Assembly: GCA_021604505.1 (NCBI GenBank)
Contig: BQJC01000004.1
Coordinates: 170,278 to 234,277, forward strand
DNA length: 64,000 nucleotides
Reading direction: 5' to 3'
DNA from: Nitrospinaceae bacterium
GTDB taxonomy: Bacteria > Nitrospinota > Nitrospinia > Nitrospinales > VA-1
Each line of letters starts with the position of its first letter. Positions within the stretch are counted from its first letter, which is position 1. This document shows, one piece after another, positions 8,162-18,208 of the stretch. The notes beneath the pieces are model-generated. The model made no database searches and had not been told where the DNA came from. It saw nothing but the letters and a program-made list of their open reading frames with translations. Made by a program: the position numbers and the translations under genes.

Positions 8162-9070
8162 ATGAGCCCGACTCAAAATTACTACAAAATTCTCGGCGTT
8201 GAAAAAAATGCTTCCTTTGCGGAAATCAAGAAACGCTACCGCGAGCTGGCCAAAAAGCATCACCCCGACGTCAACAACGGCAGTAAGAAGGCGGAAAACA
8301 ACTTCAAGATCATCTCCACCGCTTACGACACTCTCAGCAACAAAAAAAAGCGCAAGGAATACGACCAGACCTACGGGCGGAAAACACAAACCAGAAGGCC
8401 ATCGGGCGGCGGCTGGTCCGGTCAGGAATCCGATTTTGACTTCAGGGGAAGACGGCGGACCCAACAGCAGGACGATTTCCGCCAGACCCCGCCTGAGGAA
8501 GAACAAAGATTTGATCCTGAATTTCCGACCAGAGGCTTCGATCTGCAATTCATGGTCGATCTTCCTCTCAAAACAGTCGCTTTGGGAGGAACGATTCCCT
8601 ACAGCTATGAAAAGCATGTCAAATGCCTGGACTGTGACGGGACCGGAAGCGACGATGCCGGGCCCTGCCCTGTCTGCAAAGGAAAGCGGCTGGTGGTCCA
8701 ACCCGCCGCGATAGACGTAAAAATTCCGCCAGGCGTCGCGGACCGCTACACACTCAGAGTCGACAACGAAGGCGGCGAAGGTAAAAACGGCGGTCCGCCG
8801 GGGGATCTCTTGTTGCAGATTTGCATGGAACCGCACCCGCGGTTCAAACGGGTGCGGGACGACATCTATGCGGAAATCCCAATCTCTCCTGAATTGGCCG
8901 AGAAAGGCGGTCCTCTGGAAATCGAAACTCTGGATTCGGTTCAAACCATTGAGGTGGAGGATGGAACGTTGACAGGAGAGGAATTCCGAATCAAAGGTCA
9001 GGGCGCGGCGATTCTTTGGGGGAAGAAACGCGGGGATTTCGTTGTCAAATTCAAAATCACGGAGGAATGA
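8162..9070 (+). CDS. DnaJ-like J-domain protein with reduced zinc finger
   Basis: J domain YYKILGVEKNASFAEIKKRYRELAKKHHPDVN (HPD motif). Only two CxxCxGxG-type units (CLDCDGTG, CPVCKGKR). DnaJ-like C-terminal beta domain. Confidence 0.85.
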   Translation: MSPTQNYYKILGVEKNASFAEIKKRYRELAKKHHPDVNNGSKKAENNFKIISTAYDTLSNKKKRKEYDQTYGRKTQTRRPSGGGWSGQESDFDFRGRRRTQQQDDFRQTPPEEEQRFDPEFPTRGFDLQFMVDLPLKTVALGGTIPYSYEKHVKCLDCDGTGSDDAGPCPVCKGKRLVVQPAAIDVKIPPGVADRYTLRVDNEGGEGKNGGPPGDLLLQICMEPHPRFKRVRDDIYAEIPISPELAEKGGPLEIETLDSVQTIEVEDGTLTGEEFRIKGQGAAILWGKKRGDFVVKFKITEE

Positions 9071-9088
9071 ATATTCGCCGGCGGTGAT

Positions 9089-9886
9089 TTAGCCTTTCGC
9101 CTTGCGGGCTCGCACTTCCGCCGCATGCGCCTTGGCCCTTGCCAGCATGGCGGCTTTTTCTGCGGCGGATCGATTCTTTTTGGGTGTGGGCCCTGGAACT
9201 CCGCCGCCAGACGGGGCTTTGGCCGCCGCAGGTTTGGGAGCCGCTGACTCGGCGGATGCTTTGGCCGCTTCCGGCTCGGCAGTTTCCGCCGGAACTGAAG
9301 CCGCTTTGGCTTCGGCTGGATCGGGTTCCTTTCCAACAGGTGCAGGTGGCGCCTCTCCGTCCTTACGCACCAGGCGCATGGAGGACCAGACCTCCTGCGT
9401 CGGATAGGGAGTATCGATCCCTATTTTGCCATCGAAGCGAATTATCTTTTCATCCGAACATTCGGTGATCCAGGTGTTGCTGGCTCCACCCGCTTCAAAA
9501 ATGGGATCGAGGGGAAACAGCGTCCCGTTTTTGTCCATGCATTCCTTGGTCTTGTCGAAAATCGTAAGAGCTTCGGCCTTGCTGGGAATACGCCAGTTGT
9601 CATACCCTGCAAACTTTTCTTTATTATTTTTGTCGACATATTCCCGGTGGTCCATCCAGGTGTAAAACCGGTGTTCGTCGAGCCAGGCGTCGGATTTTTT
9701 CCACATCAACCCGCTATTGGGGTCGGTGACAGTGCCATCGCCATTGTCGACCAAGGGTTTTGCGGGAGGTTTCTCTTTGGCTTTAGGTTTTGCGGCCGCT
9801 TTTGGCTTGGGCTTGGGCTTTTCACCGGCAGGTTTGGCGGGCGCCGCTTCCTCTTTTTTTTCAGGCGAGGCTTGCGTGTCTTCCAT
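9089..9886 (-). CDS. DUF1566 (Lcl C-terminal-like) domain protein flanked by Ala/Lys/Pro-rich low-complexity regions
   Basis: Core DNGDGTVTDPNSGLMWKKSDAW...GYDNWRIPSKAEALTIF fits the DUF1566 pattern. N-terminal KPKPKPKAAAKPKAKEKPPAKP and a C-terminal Ala/Lys-rich tail. No signal peptide visible. Confidence 0.7.
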   Translation of the reverse strand: MEDTQASPEKKEEAAPAKPAGEKPKPKPKAAAKPKAKEKPPAKPLVDNGDGTVTDPNSGLMWKKSDAWLDEHRFYTWMDHREYVDKNNKEKFAGYDNWRIPSKAEALTIFDKTKECMDKNGTLFPLDPIFEAGGASNTWITECSDEKIIRFDGKIGIDTPYPTQEVWSSMRLVRKDGEAPPAPVGKEPDPAEAKAASVPAETAEPEAAKASAESAAPKPAAAKAPSGGGVPGPTPKKNRSAAEKAAMLARAKAHAAEVRARKAKG

Positions 9887-9912
9887 AAATCAATTCACTT
9901 CTTCAAAAAAAT

Positions 9913-10206
9913 TTACTGCGTGGGTTTCGTTTGCACCGGGGTCCAGCTACAGCCTTCCAGGACCTGATTTAAATCTTTTCCGGATTGAGTCAGCTTGTTT
10001 AAAATTTCTCCAAGTTCGGTTGCGGAAAACGCATCCAAATGGACCATAAAACTTTCGCGGTAACTTGCCGCGTTATTTTTAATCCAATTCAAAATATTTT
10101 CTTCGCCTTTACTCTGCCCTTCCGCTTCCGACTGCTTGCGTCCTAAAAGATTAGTCTGTGAAACTCGAATTATTTCACATATCAAATCATCTTTAATTTG
10201 GCTCAT
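9913..10206 (-). CDS. hypothetical protein (97 aa)
   Basis: ORF only, no recognisable motif. Same strand as the DUF1566 gene, 26 nt upstream of it. Confidence 0.4.
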   Translation of the reverse strand: MSQIKDDLICEIIRVSQTNLLGRKQSEAEGQSKGEENILNWIKNNAASYRESFMVHLDAFSATELGEILNKLTQSGKDLNQVLEGCSWTPVQTKPTQ

Positions 10207-10453
10207 TAGTGTCTCTCAATTCCTATTCTAATGGCTTTCACCATTGTGAGGAAAAAGGTGGTTAATCTATAACTATTTTTTAAGCTTGTCAAACCGATAT
10301 TTGGCCGGCAAGTTTTAATCAATAAAAACAGCTAGTTATATGAAAATATCCTGCACAGAAAATACCCTCTCCATATACTAATATTTTATACCAGAGAAAA
10401 ATTGGATGAAAGGAAATAATGAAGCCCAGGCTCGCGGCACGGTCCTTTTCGAA

Positions 10454-11272
10454 TCAAACTTTTGTCCCGGTTCGAGGGTCCAGCGCATCGCGCAATCCAT
10501 CGCCCAGAATATTGAAAGCAAGAATCGTTAAAAAAATGGCTATTGAAGGAAACAATATCAGGTGGGGATAAAATTTCACTGCCGTCCAGCCGTCATTGGC
10601 CAAAGTCCCCCAACTGCTGAAAGGCGGTGTGATTCCAAGTCCGATAAAACTGAGGGTCGATTCGGCAAGAATGGCAACGGGAATGCGGAAGCTCAAAGTA
10701 ACAACCAACAAACCAATCATATTGGGAAGAATTTCCCTGGCGACGATCCGCAAATGACTGGCCCCCAAAGCGCGGGACGCTTCCACATAGGCCAGTTCCT
10801 TGATCCTCAGGACTTCCCCGCGCACCAGCCGGGCCACCGTCACCCAGCTCACCAGGGTCAGGGCGATGAAGATCCCGGTCACCCCCCGGCCCATCACCAC
10901 CGTGATCAGAATGATCATCAAAAGGTCCGGCAACGCAAAGACCACATCGACGAAACGCATCATCACGTTGTCCGTGCGATTGCCGATGTATCCGGAGACT
11001 GCGCCGTAAATCGTTCCGATGACGATCGCCAGCAAGGTGGTGACCACACCGATGAAAAGCGAGACCCGCGCGCCGTAAATCATCCGCGACAGCAGATCCC
11101 GGCCCAGACGGTCGGTCCCCAGCCAGTTGGCCGCATTGGGCGAAGCCAGCGTGTTCAACGTGTCCTGAGTCTCATACGAAAACGGAGCCACCCACGGCGC
11201 GAAAATTGCGGCCAATGAGAGAACTAACAGGAACAGCGCGCTGAGTTGAGAAGATAAAGAAAAATTTTTCAT
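10454..11272 (-). CDS. ABC transporter permease, oligopeptide/dipeptide (OppC/DppC-type)
   Basis: Multi-TM protein with N-terminal WLGTDRLGRDLLSRMIYGARVSL and the EAA-like loop YVEASRALGASHLRIVAREILPN. Confidence 0.88.
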   Translation of the reverse strand: MKNFSLSSQLSALFLLVLSLAAIFAPWVAPFSYETQDTLNTLASPNAANWLGTDRLGRDLLSRMIYGARVSLFIGVVTTLLAIVIGTIYGAVSGYIGNRTDNVMMRFVDVVFALPDLLMIILITVVMGRGVTGIFIALTLVSWVTVARLVRGEVLRIKELAYVEASRALGASHLRIVAREILPNMIGLLVVTLSFRIPVAILAESTLSFIGLGITPPFSSWGTLANDGWTAVKFYPHLILFPSIAIFLTILAFNILGDGLRDALDPRTGTKV

Positions 11273-11305
11273 GCGGGGATGATTGGTTTTTTATCCATTC
11301 TCAAG

Positions 11306-12226
11306 TTATTTCCCCAGAGAAACTCTGGGATCGAGCCAGACATAAAGCATATCGACGACGATGTTCGCCAGAATGATCAGCACCGCATACACCAGCGTCA
11401 CTCCCATAATCAGCGGATAATCGCGGTTGGTCACGGCGGTGATGAAAAAACTGCCCATGCCGGGAATCGAAAAAATGAATTCGATCACAAACGATCCGGT
11501 CACCAGCCCGGCAACCAGCGGCCCCATGACGGAAACGATAGGAAAAATGGAATTTTTGAGCGCGTGTTTTAAAAGCACGACCGGTTCCGACAAACCTTTC
11601 GCTCGGGCGGTGCGAATGTAATCGGAAGTCAACACGTCGAGCACCGTGGAGCGCGTCAAGCGGGCGATGTATCCGGCGAATCCGGCGCCCAACGCGAAGG
11701 CGGGCATCAGCACATGGCGCGGCCCTTCCCACAGCGCCGGGGGCAGCCAATGAAGCTTGTGTGAAAGTCCCCAGACCAGCACCGTCCCCAGGACAAAGCT
11801 GGGTACGGAAATCCCCAGGGTCGCCAGAAAAACAACCGTCCGGTCCACCGCCGAATTTCGCCAATACGCGGAAATGATCCCCGCCGGAATGCCGAAGCCG
11901 ATGATGACCCCCACCGCGCACAACCCCAGCGTCAATGAAACAGGAAACGTTTCCGCGATGATGGCGGACACATCGCGGCCCAGGTATTTGAAAGAAGGTC
12001 CCAGATCGCCCTGCAATATCTGTTTCATATAAAGCAGGTATTGCGTGACCAGCGGTTTGTCCAGATGGTATTTGGCTTCGATATTGGCGATGATTTCCGG
12101 TGGGAGTTTTTTCTCGCTGTCAAACGGCCCGCCGGGAACCAGGTGCATGATGCCGAAGGTCAAGGTCGCCACCGTGATCAATACCGGAATGCCGTGCAGT
12201 AAGCGTTTGAAAAAATAGCCAATCAT
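11306..12226 (-). CDS. ABC transporter permease, oligopeptide/dipeptide (OppB/DppB-type)
   Basis: MIGYFFKRLLHGIPVLITVATLTFGIMHLVPGGPF N-terminus and DYIRTARAKGLSEPVVLLKHALKN loop, both typical of OppB/DppB. Confidence 0.88.
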   Translation of the reverse strand: MIGYFFKRLLHGIPVLITVATLTFGIMHLVPGGPFDSEKKLPPEIIANIEAKYHLDKPLVTQYLLYMKQILQGDLGPSFKYLGRDVSAIIAETFPVSLTLGLCAVGVIIGFGIPAGIISAYWRNSAVDRTVVFLATLGISVPSFVLGTVLVWGLSHKLHWLPPALWEGPRHVLMPAFALGAGFAGYIARLTRSTVLDVLTSDYIRTARAKGLSEPVVLLKHALKNSIFPIVSVMGPLVAGLVTGSFVIEFIFSIPGMGSFFITAVTNRDYPLIMGVTLVYAVLIILANIVVDMLYVWLDPRVSLGK

Positions 12227-12370
12227 TTCGACATCCTACCATAATCGAAAAGTTTCCGGGCAATGGCGCGTGAGGGGTTGCTCCGCCTTTCCGGCGTAAG
12301 ATATAATGCTCGTTTCCATTTAAGATTCCATCTCCCCACTAATCTTTTAAAATCCCGGTACTGAAGCTCC

Positions 12371-14203
12371 ATGGCCTTTTATTCACTTAAAGAATTCATC
12401 GACCGCCTTGAGCAGGAAGATGAGCTGGTAAGAATCAGCGAACCGGTTTCTCCCATTCTGGAGATTTCCGAGATCACCGACCGGGTGTCCAAAATGCCCG
12501 GTGGCGGCAGGGCGCTGTTGTTCGAAAACGTCGAAGGCTCCGCCATGCCGGTGCTGATCAACGCCTTCGGCAGCACCCGCCGGATGAACCTGGCTTTGGG
12601 CGTCGACGACATCGAAGACATCGCCCAGGAAATCGACCGCTACCTGAAGATCGCCCCACCGGCGACGCTCATCGACAAGGTCAAACTTCTTCCGCTTTTG
12701 TTGAACGCGGCAAATTTTCCGCCAAAAATGGTGGGCAAAAGCAAGGCCCCCTGCCAGGAAGTGGTCCATCTCGGTGACGCCGTCGATCTTTACACGATCC
12801 CGGTCCTGCAATGCTGGCCTGCCGATGCCGGACGCTTCATCACCTTTCCCATCGTCGTCAACCGCAGTGCCGACGATAAATTGAGAAATGTCGGTCTCTA
12901 CCGCATGCAGATCTACGACAAAAAAACCACCGCCATGCACTGGCACATTCATAAAGACGGAGCGCATTTTTTTCACGAGTTCCGCCGCCAGAACAAGAAA
13001 ATGGAAGTGGCCGTCGCCATCGGCGCCGACCCGGCGGTGTGCTATTCCGCCTCCGCTCCCCTGCCCTACGGCATCGACGAATTTCTGCTGGCGGGCTTCA
13101 TCCGCAAGTCAGCGGTGCCGCTGGTCAAATGCAAAACGGTCGATCTGGAAGTCCCGGCCACAGCGGAAATCGTTCTGGAAGGATACATCGATCCTCAGGA
13201 GATGCGCCTGGAAGGCCCCTTTGGCGATCACACCGGATATTATTCCCAGGACGGGGACTATCCGGTGTTCCATGTGACGGCCGTCACCCATCGCAAAAAC
13301 CCCGTCTACCTGACCACCATCGTCGGCATCCCGCCGCAGGAGGATTTTTATCTCGGCAAGGCCACCGAGCGCATCTTTCTGCCGCTCATGCGCACACAAC
13401 TGCCGGAAATCGTCGACATGGACATGCCGTTAGAAGGCGTGTTTCACAACTCCGTCATCATCTCCATCGACAAACGCTATCCCATGCAGGCCCGGCGCAT
13501 GATGAGCGCCCTGTGGGGCCTGGGGCAGATGAGCTTCGTCAAAACCATTCTGGTGGTGGACGCGAATGTCGATGTCCACGACACGGAAGCTGTTTTACAG
13601 GTTCTTTTCGACCGGGTGGATTTTAAGCGCGACCTGTTTTTCTCCGAAGGCATTCTCGACGTTTTGAACCACGCTTCAGATCAAGCTTTGTATGGCTCCA
13701 AACTGGGAATCGACGTCACCACCAAAATAGATGGCGAACCCGGCTTTGAAGAAGATTTAACTTCCAGCCGCTCTCCAGAAACCCTGCCTCACCCGAGGGC
13801 GGTGGTGGAGAGGTTTAAAGAAGTCAAAGATTGCAGAATCCTGGACCGTAAAGTCCGGCATCCGGTGATGTTCGTGGCGTTCAAAAAAGCCCGCGCCCAC
13901 CAGGCAAGTCAGTTCATTTCCGAGTTTTTCAAGAATCCGGGATTCGCTTCGATCTCCATCCTCATCGTGCTGGAGGAGCATGTCGATCTACAGAATTATT
14001 CTGCCGTCATGTGGAAATTTTTCAATAACCTCGACCCCAAACGGGATTTCCACTTTGTAGGCGACCATCTGGGAATCGACGTGACCCGTAAATTCCCCGA
14101 GGAAGGTTACCGACAAAACTGGCCGGACGAAATCGTCATGTCGCAGGAGATCAAGGAGCAGGTTGACGGGAAGTGGGAAAAACTATTTGGCCTATTGACG
14201 TAG
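12371..14203 (+). CDS. UbiD-family (prenyl-FMN-dependent) decarboxylase, long form; possibly menaquinone-biosynthesis-associated
   Basis: UbiD-type N-terminus LKEFIDRLEQEDELVRISEPVSP...GGRALLFENVEGS...INAFGS, plus GPFGDHTGYY. At 610 aa it is about 120 aa longer than canonical UbiD. Confidence 0.8.
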   Translation: MAFYSLKEFIDRLEQEDELVRISEPVSPILEISEITDRVSKMPGGGRALLFENVEGSAMPVLINAFGSTRRMNLALGVDDIEDIAQEIDRYLKIAPPATLIDKVKLLPLLLNAANFPPKMVGKSKAPCQEVVHLGDAVDLYTIPVLQCWPADAGRFITFPIVVNRSADDKLRNVGLYRMQIYDKKTTAMHWHIHKDGAHFFHEFRRQNKKMEVAVAIGADPAVCYSASAPLPYGIDEFLLAGFIRKSAVPLVKCKTVDLEVPATAEIVLEGYIDPQEMRLEGPFGDHTGYYSQDGDYPVFHVTAVTHRKNPVYLTTIVGIPPQEDFYLGKATERIFLPLMRTQLPEIVDMDMPLEGVFHNSVIISIDKRYPMQARRMMSALWGLGQMSFVKTILVVDANVDVHDTEAVLQVLFDRVDFKRDLFFSEGILDVLNHASDQALYGSKLGIDVTTKIDGEPGFEEDLTSSRSPETLPHPRAVVERFKEVKDCRILDRKVRHPVMFVAFKKARAHQASQFISEFFKNPGFASISILIVLEEHVDLQNYSAVMWKFFNNLDPKRDFHFVGDHLGIDVTRKFPEEGYRQNWPDEIVMSQEIKEQVDGKWEKLFGLLT

Positions 14204-14215
14204 AAAATATTTGTC

Positions 14216-15268
14216 ATGAATTTTTTAAAAATAGTTTTATCGGCATTAACCCTTTCTTTTTTAGGCGCTTGTGCAGGAAATTTATCTATAGGAGCACGCT
14301 ATCATAATCAAGGAGACTATGAAAAAGCGATCGAATATTTTAGCAAGGCATTATCAGATAAAAGTAATTCATACGAGTATCCGCCTCATGTTATTTACAA
14401 CATCCGAGGAATTTCCTACTTCAAAAATAGCCAGTATGACCAAGCCATCGCGGATTACAGCAAAGCCATTTCTCTGAAACCGGATTATGCAGAAGCACAT
14501 CATAATCGCGGCTTAGCTTATGAATATCAACAAGAGTATGATCAGGCACTTTCTAATTTCGACGAAGCCATAAATTTAAATCCAGAATTTTCCCATGCTT
14601 ATGTTAGTCGCGGCTCTCTTTTTGAAACATTGGGTCGAAACGATCAAGCAATCGCTGAATATGATAGAGCAATTGCTCTTGACCCAAACAATGTGACCGC
14701 TTATATCTCTCGAGGGCAATTTTATTGGAACATTAAACAATATGACTTGGCCCTAAAAAATTTTGACTCCGCTATCGCCCGAAACCCCCTTGGTTATTCA
14801 CCCTACATCCAGAGAGGTTATGCCAATTTTTACTTAGGTCGTAATATCGAAGCTGCCAATGATTTTGAAAATTCAGCTATCAATGAAGAAGACGTAACGT
14901 TATCAATTTATGCGACAATTTGGCGCTACTTGGCCTTAGAGCGTCAGGGAAAGAATGGCAAGACCATTTTAAAAGAAATATCCCGGGGCTTTGACCTTCA
15001 GGAATGGCCGGGTCTTTTGATTTCTTTGTATCTCGGTGGTATCTCACCTAGGGAAGTTATTGACAAAAGTGAGGACAACGACAAAACTTTGGAAAGTCTG
15101 AAAAAGTGTTTCGCATATTTTCATCTAGGACAATTTTATCTTCTTCAGGAAAAAAAATCCCTGGCAATTGATATGTTCCGCAAAACAGCCAGTTTTGAGG
15201 ATTGCCCATTAATTGAGCTTCCCGCAGCATTGGAAGAACTGGAACGGATGCGCTTATTGCCAACATAG
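14216..15268 (+). CDS. TPR-repeat lipoprotein, NlpI-like
   Basis: Lipobox LSFLGAC. Several 34-aa TPR units (AIADYSKAISLKPDYAEAHHNRGLAY and others). C-terminus LYLGGISPREVI...CFAYFHLGQFYLL resembles NlpI. The gene is visibly AT-rich. Confidence 0.7.
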   Translation: MNFLKIVLSALTLSFLGACAGNLSIGARYHNQGDYEKAIEYFSKALSDKSNSYEYPPHVIYNIRGISYFKNSQYDQAIADYSKAISLKPDYAEAHHNRGLAYEYQQEYDQALSNFDEAINLNPEFSHAYVSRGSLFETLGRNDQAIAEYDRAIALDPNNVTAYISRGQFYWNIKQYDLALKNFDSAIARNPLGYSPYIQRGYANFYLGRNIEAANDFENSAINEEDVTLSIYATIWRYLALERQGKNGKTILKEISRGFDLQEWPGLLISLYLGGISPREVIDKSEDNDKTLESLKKCFAYFHLGQFYLLQEKKSLAIDMFRKTASFEDCPLIELPAALEELERMRLLPT

Positions 15269-15342
15269 TCATAGATTAAATCCTCCACTATTTTAGCTTT
15301 CAAATATAATAATAAATCATTTCAACATTTTTAAGCACCCAT

Positions 15343-18177
15343 ATGGCTTCAGACAATCTGACAATCAAAGGCGCGAGGGAACACAACCTCAAGAACATTT
15401 CCCTGACGCTTCCGAGAAACAAGCTGGTGGTCATCACCGGCTTGAGTGGTTCCGGCAAGTCTTCACTGGCCTTCGACACCATCTATGCCGAGGGACAGCG
15501 CCGCTATGTGGAATCCCTTTCCGCCTATGCCCGGCAGTTTCTGGAATTGATGGAAAAACCGGACGTCGATTATATCGAAGGGCTGTCTCCTGCAATTTCC
15601 ATCGAACAAAAAACCTCCAGCCGCAACCCGCGCTCCACCGTGGGAACGGTCACCGAAATCTACGATTATCTCAGGCTCCTGTACGCGCGCGTCGGGAAGG
15701 TATTTTGTTACGGATGCGAACGCCAGATCTCCTCGCAAACGGTGCAACAGATCACCGACCAGGTGCTGGACATCCCTCTCGGAGAAAAAATCCTCATCCT
15801 CGCGCCGTTGGTGCAAAACCGCAAAGGGGAGTTCAAGAAAGAGCTGGCCGGACTTAGGAAAAAAGGTTTTGTCCGAGCGCGGGTGGATAACAATGTGGTT
15901 TCCCTCGACGAAGAGATCGTGCTGGATAAAAAGTTCAAGCACAGCATCGAAGCCGTGGTCGACCGTCTGGTCATCAAGGACGACATGGGCAAACGGCTGG
16001 CGGAATCGGTCGAGATGGGCCTCAACCAGGGAGAAGGATCGCTGGTGGTGTCGCTTCTCGGTGAAAACGGCTCCGGCAGGGAGTTGCTGTTCAGCGAAAA
16101 ATTCGCCTGCAATTATTGCGGCATCAGTTACCCGGAACTGGAACCGCGCCTGTTTTCCTTCAACAACCCTAATGGCGCCTGCCCAAAATGCGACGGACTG
16201 GGAAACAAGATGGTCATCGATCCCGATCTGGTCATCCCCGACCCCTCTCTGTCAATCCGCGACGGAGCCTTCAAACCCTGGGAGAACAAAAACTCGCTGC
16301 ACTTTCATCAAATGCTGGACACCATCTCCACGCATTTCAAATTCAAACTCACCAAACCCTATAAGGATCTTCCCAAGAAGGTGCAAAAAATCCTTTTGTA
16401 CGGAGCGGGAGAGGAACCGATCAAATATTATTATGAAAAGGAGAGCCGCCGTCATTTTTATACGGGTACCTTCGACGGAATCATCCCCGATTTGGAACGG
16501 CGCTACCGCGAAACCGACTCGCATTCCATTCGCGAGGACATCGCCAAATACATGCGTCCCCTGCCCTGCTCGATGTGCAACGGCACGCGCCTGAAAAAAG
16601 AATCGGTTGCCGTTCGCGTCGGCGACAAAAACATCGTGGCGCTGACAGATATGTCAATCACTCAGCTCGCGGATTTTTTCAACAAGCTCAAGCTGACGGA
16701 GCAGGAACAATCCATCGCCCGGCGCATCGTCAAGGAAGTCAAGGAACGGCTCGGTTTTCTGTCCAATGTCGGCCTCGACTACCTGACCCTGAACCGTTCC
16801 GCCGCCACCCTGTCCGGAGGCGAGAGCCAACGCATTCGCCTGGCGACACAGATCGGCTCCAGCCTCATGGGGGTTCTCTACGTGCTGGACGAACCGAGCA
16901 TCGGCCTGCACCAACGGGACAACGACCGTCTGCTGAATACCCTGACCCGGCTTCGCGATCTGGGCAACACGGTGATCGTGGTCGAACACGATGAAAAAAC
17001 CATCCTCACTTCCGATCACGTCGTCGACCTGGGGCCGGGGGCCGGACGGCACGGCGGCGACATCGTTTTTACCGGGCCGCCTAAAAAACTGCTGAAAGAT
17101 AAAAATTCTCTGACCGGAAAATACCTGTCCGGACGAAAAAAAATTCCCATCCCAAAAACCCGCAGAAAGGGAAACGGCAAAACTCTCAGCATCCAGGGAG
17201 CCCGGCAAAACAATCTGAAAAACCTGGAGGCCAAATTTCCTCTGGGGACGCTCGTGTGCGTGACCGGCGTGTCAGGTTCCGGGAAAAGCACATTGATCAT
17301 AGAAATTCTCTTTAAAGCCCTGTCACAGCACTTCTGGAGATCCACCGACAAGCCTGGAAAATTTGCCAAGATCGCCGGCATTCAATACCTCGACAAGGTG
17401 ATCGATATCGACCAGTCTCCCATCGGCAGAACGCCGCGCTCCAACCCGGCCACTTACACGGGGGTCTTCACCCTCGTCCGCGAATTGTTCAGCCAGGTTC
17501 CAGATGCCAGAGTGCGTGGCTACAAACCAGGCAGATTCAGTTTTAACGTTAAAGGCGGCCGTTGCGAGGCCTGCCAGGGCGACGGCGTGTTGAAAGTCGA
17601 AATGCATTTTCTTCCCGACGTGTTCGTCACCTGCGAAGTCTGCCAGGGCAAACGCTTCAACCGCGAAACGCTGGAAATTCTATACAAAGGTAAGAACATC
17701 GCCGATGTCCTGGAGATGACGGTGGAGGAAGCCGCGGAGTTTTTCAAAAATATTCCTTCCATCAAAATCAAACTGCAAACCATCGCCGAGGTGGGTCTCG
17801 ACTACATCCACCTGGGTCAGCCGGCGACAACACTGTCCGGTGGCGAGGCCCAGCGAGTCAAGCTCTCCAAGGAATTGAGCAAACGCAGTACCGGACAAAC
17901 CCTCTACATTCTCGACGAACCGACGACCGGCCTGCATTTCGCCGATATCGAACAACTTCTTAAAGTTTTAGCCAGGCTGGTGGATGCGGGAAACACCGTG
18001 GTCATCATCGAACACAATATGGATGTGATCAAAACCGCCGATCATATCATCGATCTCGGACCTGAAGGGGGAGACAACGGCGGCCAGATTCTCGCGGAAG
18101 GAACGCCGGAAACGGTGAGCAAAAATAAAAATTCCTTCACCGGGCAGTATTTAAAGGAAGTGCTACAGAACAATTAA
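15343..18177 (+). CDS. uvrA: excinuclease ABC subunit A
   Basis: 944 aa. [48 protein letters not shown], two ABC modules (a second GVSGSGKST) and zinc modules ([16 protein letters not shown]). Confidence 0.98.
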   Translation: MASDNLTIKGAREHNLKNISLTLPRNKLVVITGLSGSGKSSLAFDTIYAEGQRRYVESLSAYARQFLELMEKPDVDYIEGLSPAISIEQKTSSRNPRSTVGTVTEIYDYLRLLYARVGKVFCYGCERQISSQTVQQITDQVLDIPLGEKILILAPLVQNRKGEFKKELAGLRKKGFVRARVDNNVVSLDEEIVLDKKFKHSIEAVVDRLVIKDDMGKRLAESVEMGLNQGEGSLVVSLLGENGSGRELLFSEKFACNYCGISYPELEPRLFSFNNPNGACPKCDGLGNKMVIDPDLVIPDPSLSIRDGAFKPWENKNSLHFHQMLDTISTHFKFKLTKPYKDLPKKVQKILLYGAGEEPIKYYYEKESRRHFYTGTFDGIIPDLERRYRETDSHSIREDIAKYMRPLPCSMCNGTRLKKESVAVRVGDKNIVALTDMSITQLADFFNKLKLTEQEQSIARRIVKEVKERLGFLSNVGLDYLTLNRSAATLSGGESQRIRLATQIGSSLMGVLYVLDEPSIGLHQRDNDRLLNTLTRLRDLGNTVIVVEHDEKTILTSDHVVDLGPGAGRHGGDIVFTGPPKKLLKDKNSLTGKYLSGRKKIPIPKTRRKGNGKTLSIQGARQNNLKNLEAKFPLGTLVCVTGVSGSGKSTLIIEILFKALSQHFWRSTDKPGKFAKIAGIQYLDKVIDIDQSPIGRTPRSNPATYTGVFTLVRELFSQVPDARVRGYKPGRFSFNVKGGRCEACQGDGVLKVEMHFLPDVFVTCEVCQGKRFNRETLEILYKGKNIADVLEMTVEEAAEFFKNIPSIKIKLQTIAEVGLDYIHLGQPATTLSGGEAQRVKLSKELSKRSTGQTLYILDEPTTGLHFADIEQLLKVLARLVDAGNTVVIIEHNMDVIKTADHIIDLGPEGGDNGGQILAEGTPETVSKNKNSFTGQYLKEVLQNN

Positions 18178-18208
18178 AGGAGGGGATCTCCAAAACCGGA
18201 GATGAGTT

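Noticed and set aside
8117-8944. 275-aa ORF antisense to the DnaJ-like gene
   Set aside because: It overlaps the J-domain protein, whose HPD and zinc-finger motifs make it the real frame. The antisense translation has no features.
9102-10049. Several Ala/Gly/Phe-rich plus-strand ORFs (101-110 aa) opposite the DUF1566 gene
   Set aside because: They are generated by the GC-rich, repetitive DNA that encodes the Ala/Lys/Pro tails. The DUF1566 core motif fixes the minus-strand frame.
11301-11921. 206-aa same-strand alternative frame inside the OppB-type permease gene, plus antisense ORFs at 10562-11218 and 11279-11572
   Set aside because: The translations are Arg/Gly/His-rich and non-protein-like. 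The permease frame has clear TM helices and the EAA loop.
18178-18208. Hairpin ATCTCC-aaaacc-GGAGAT between the convergent uvrA and atpC genes as a terminator
   Set aside because: The stem is only 6 bp and the T-tract is weak. It is plausible but too weak to list as a feature.
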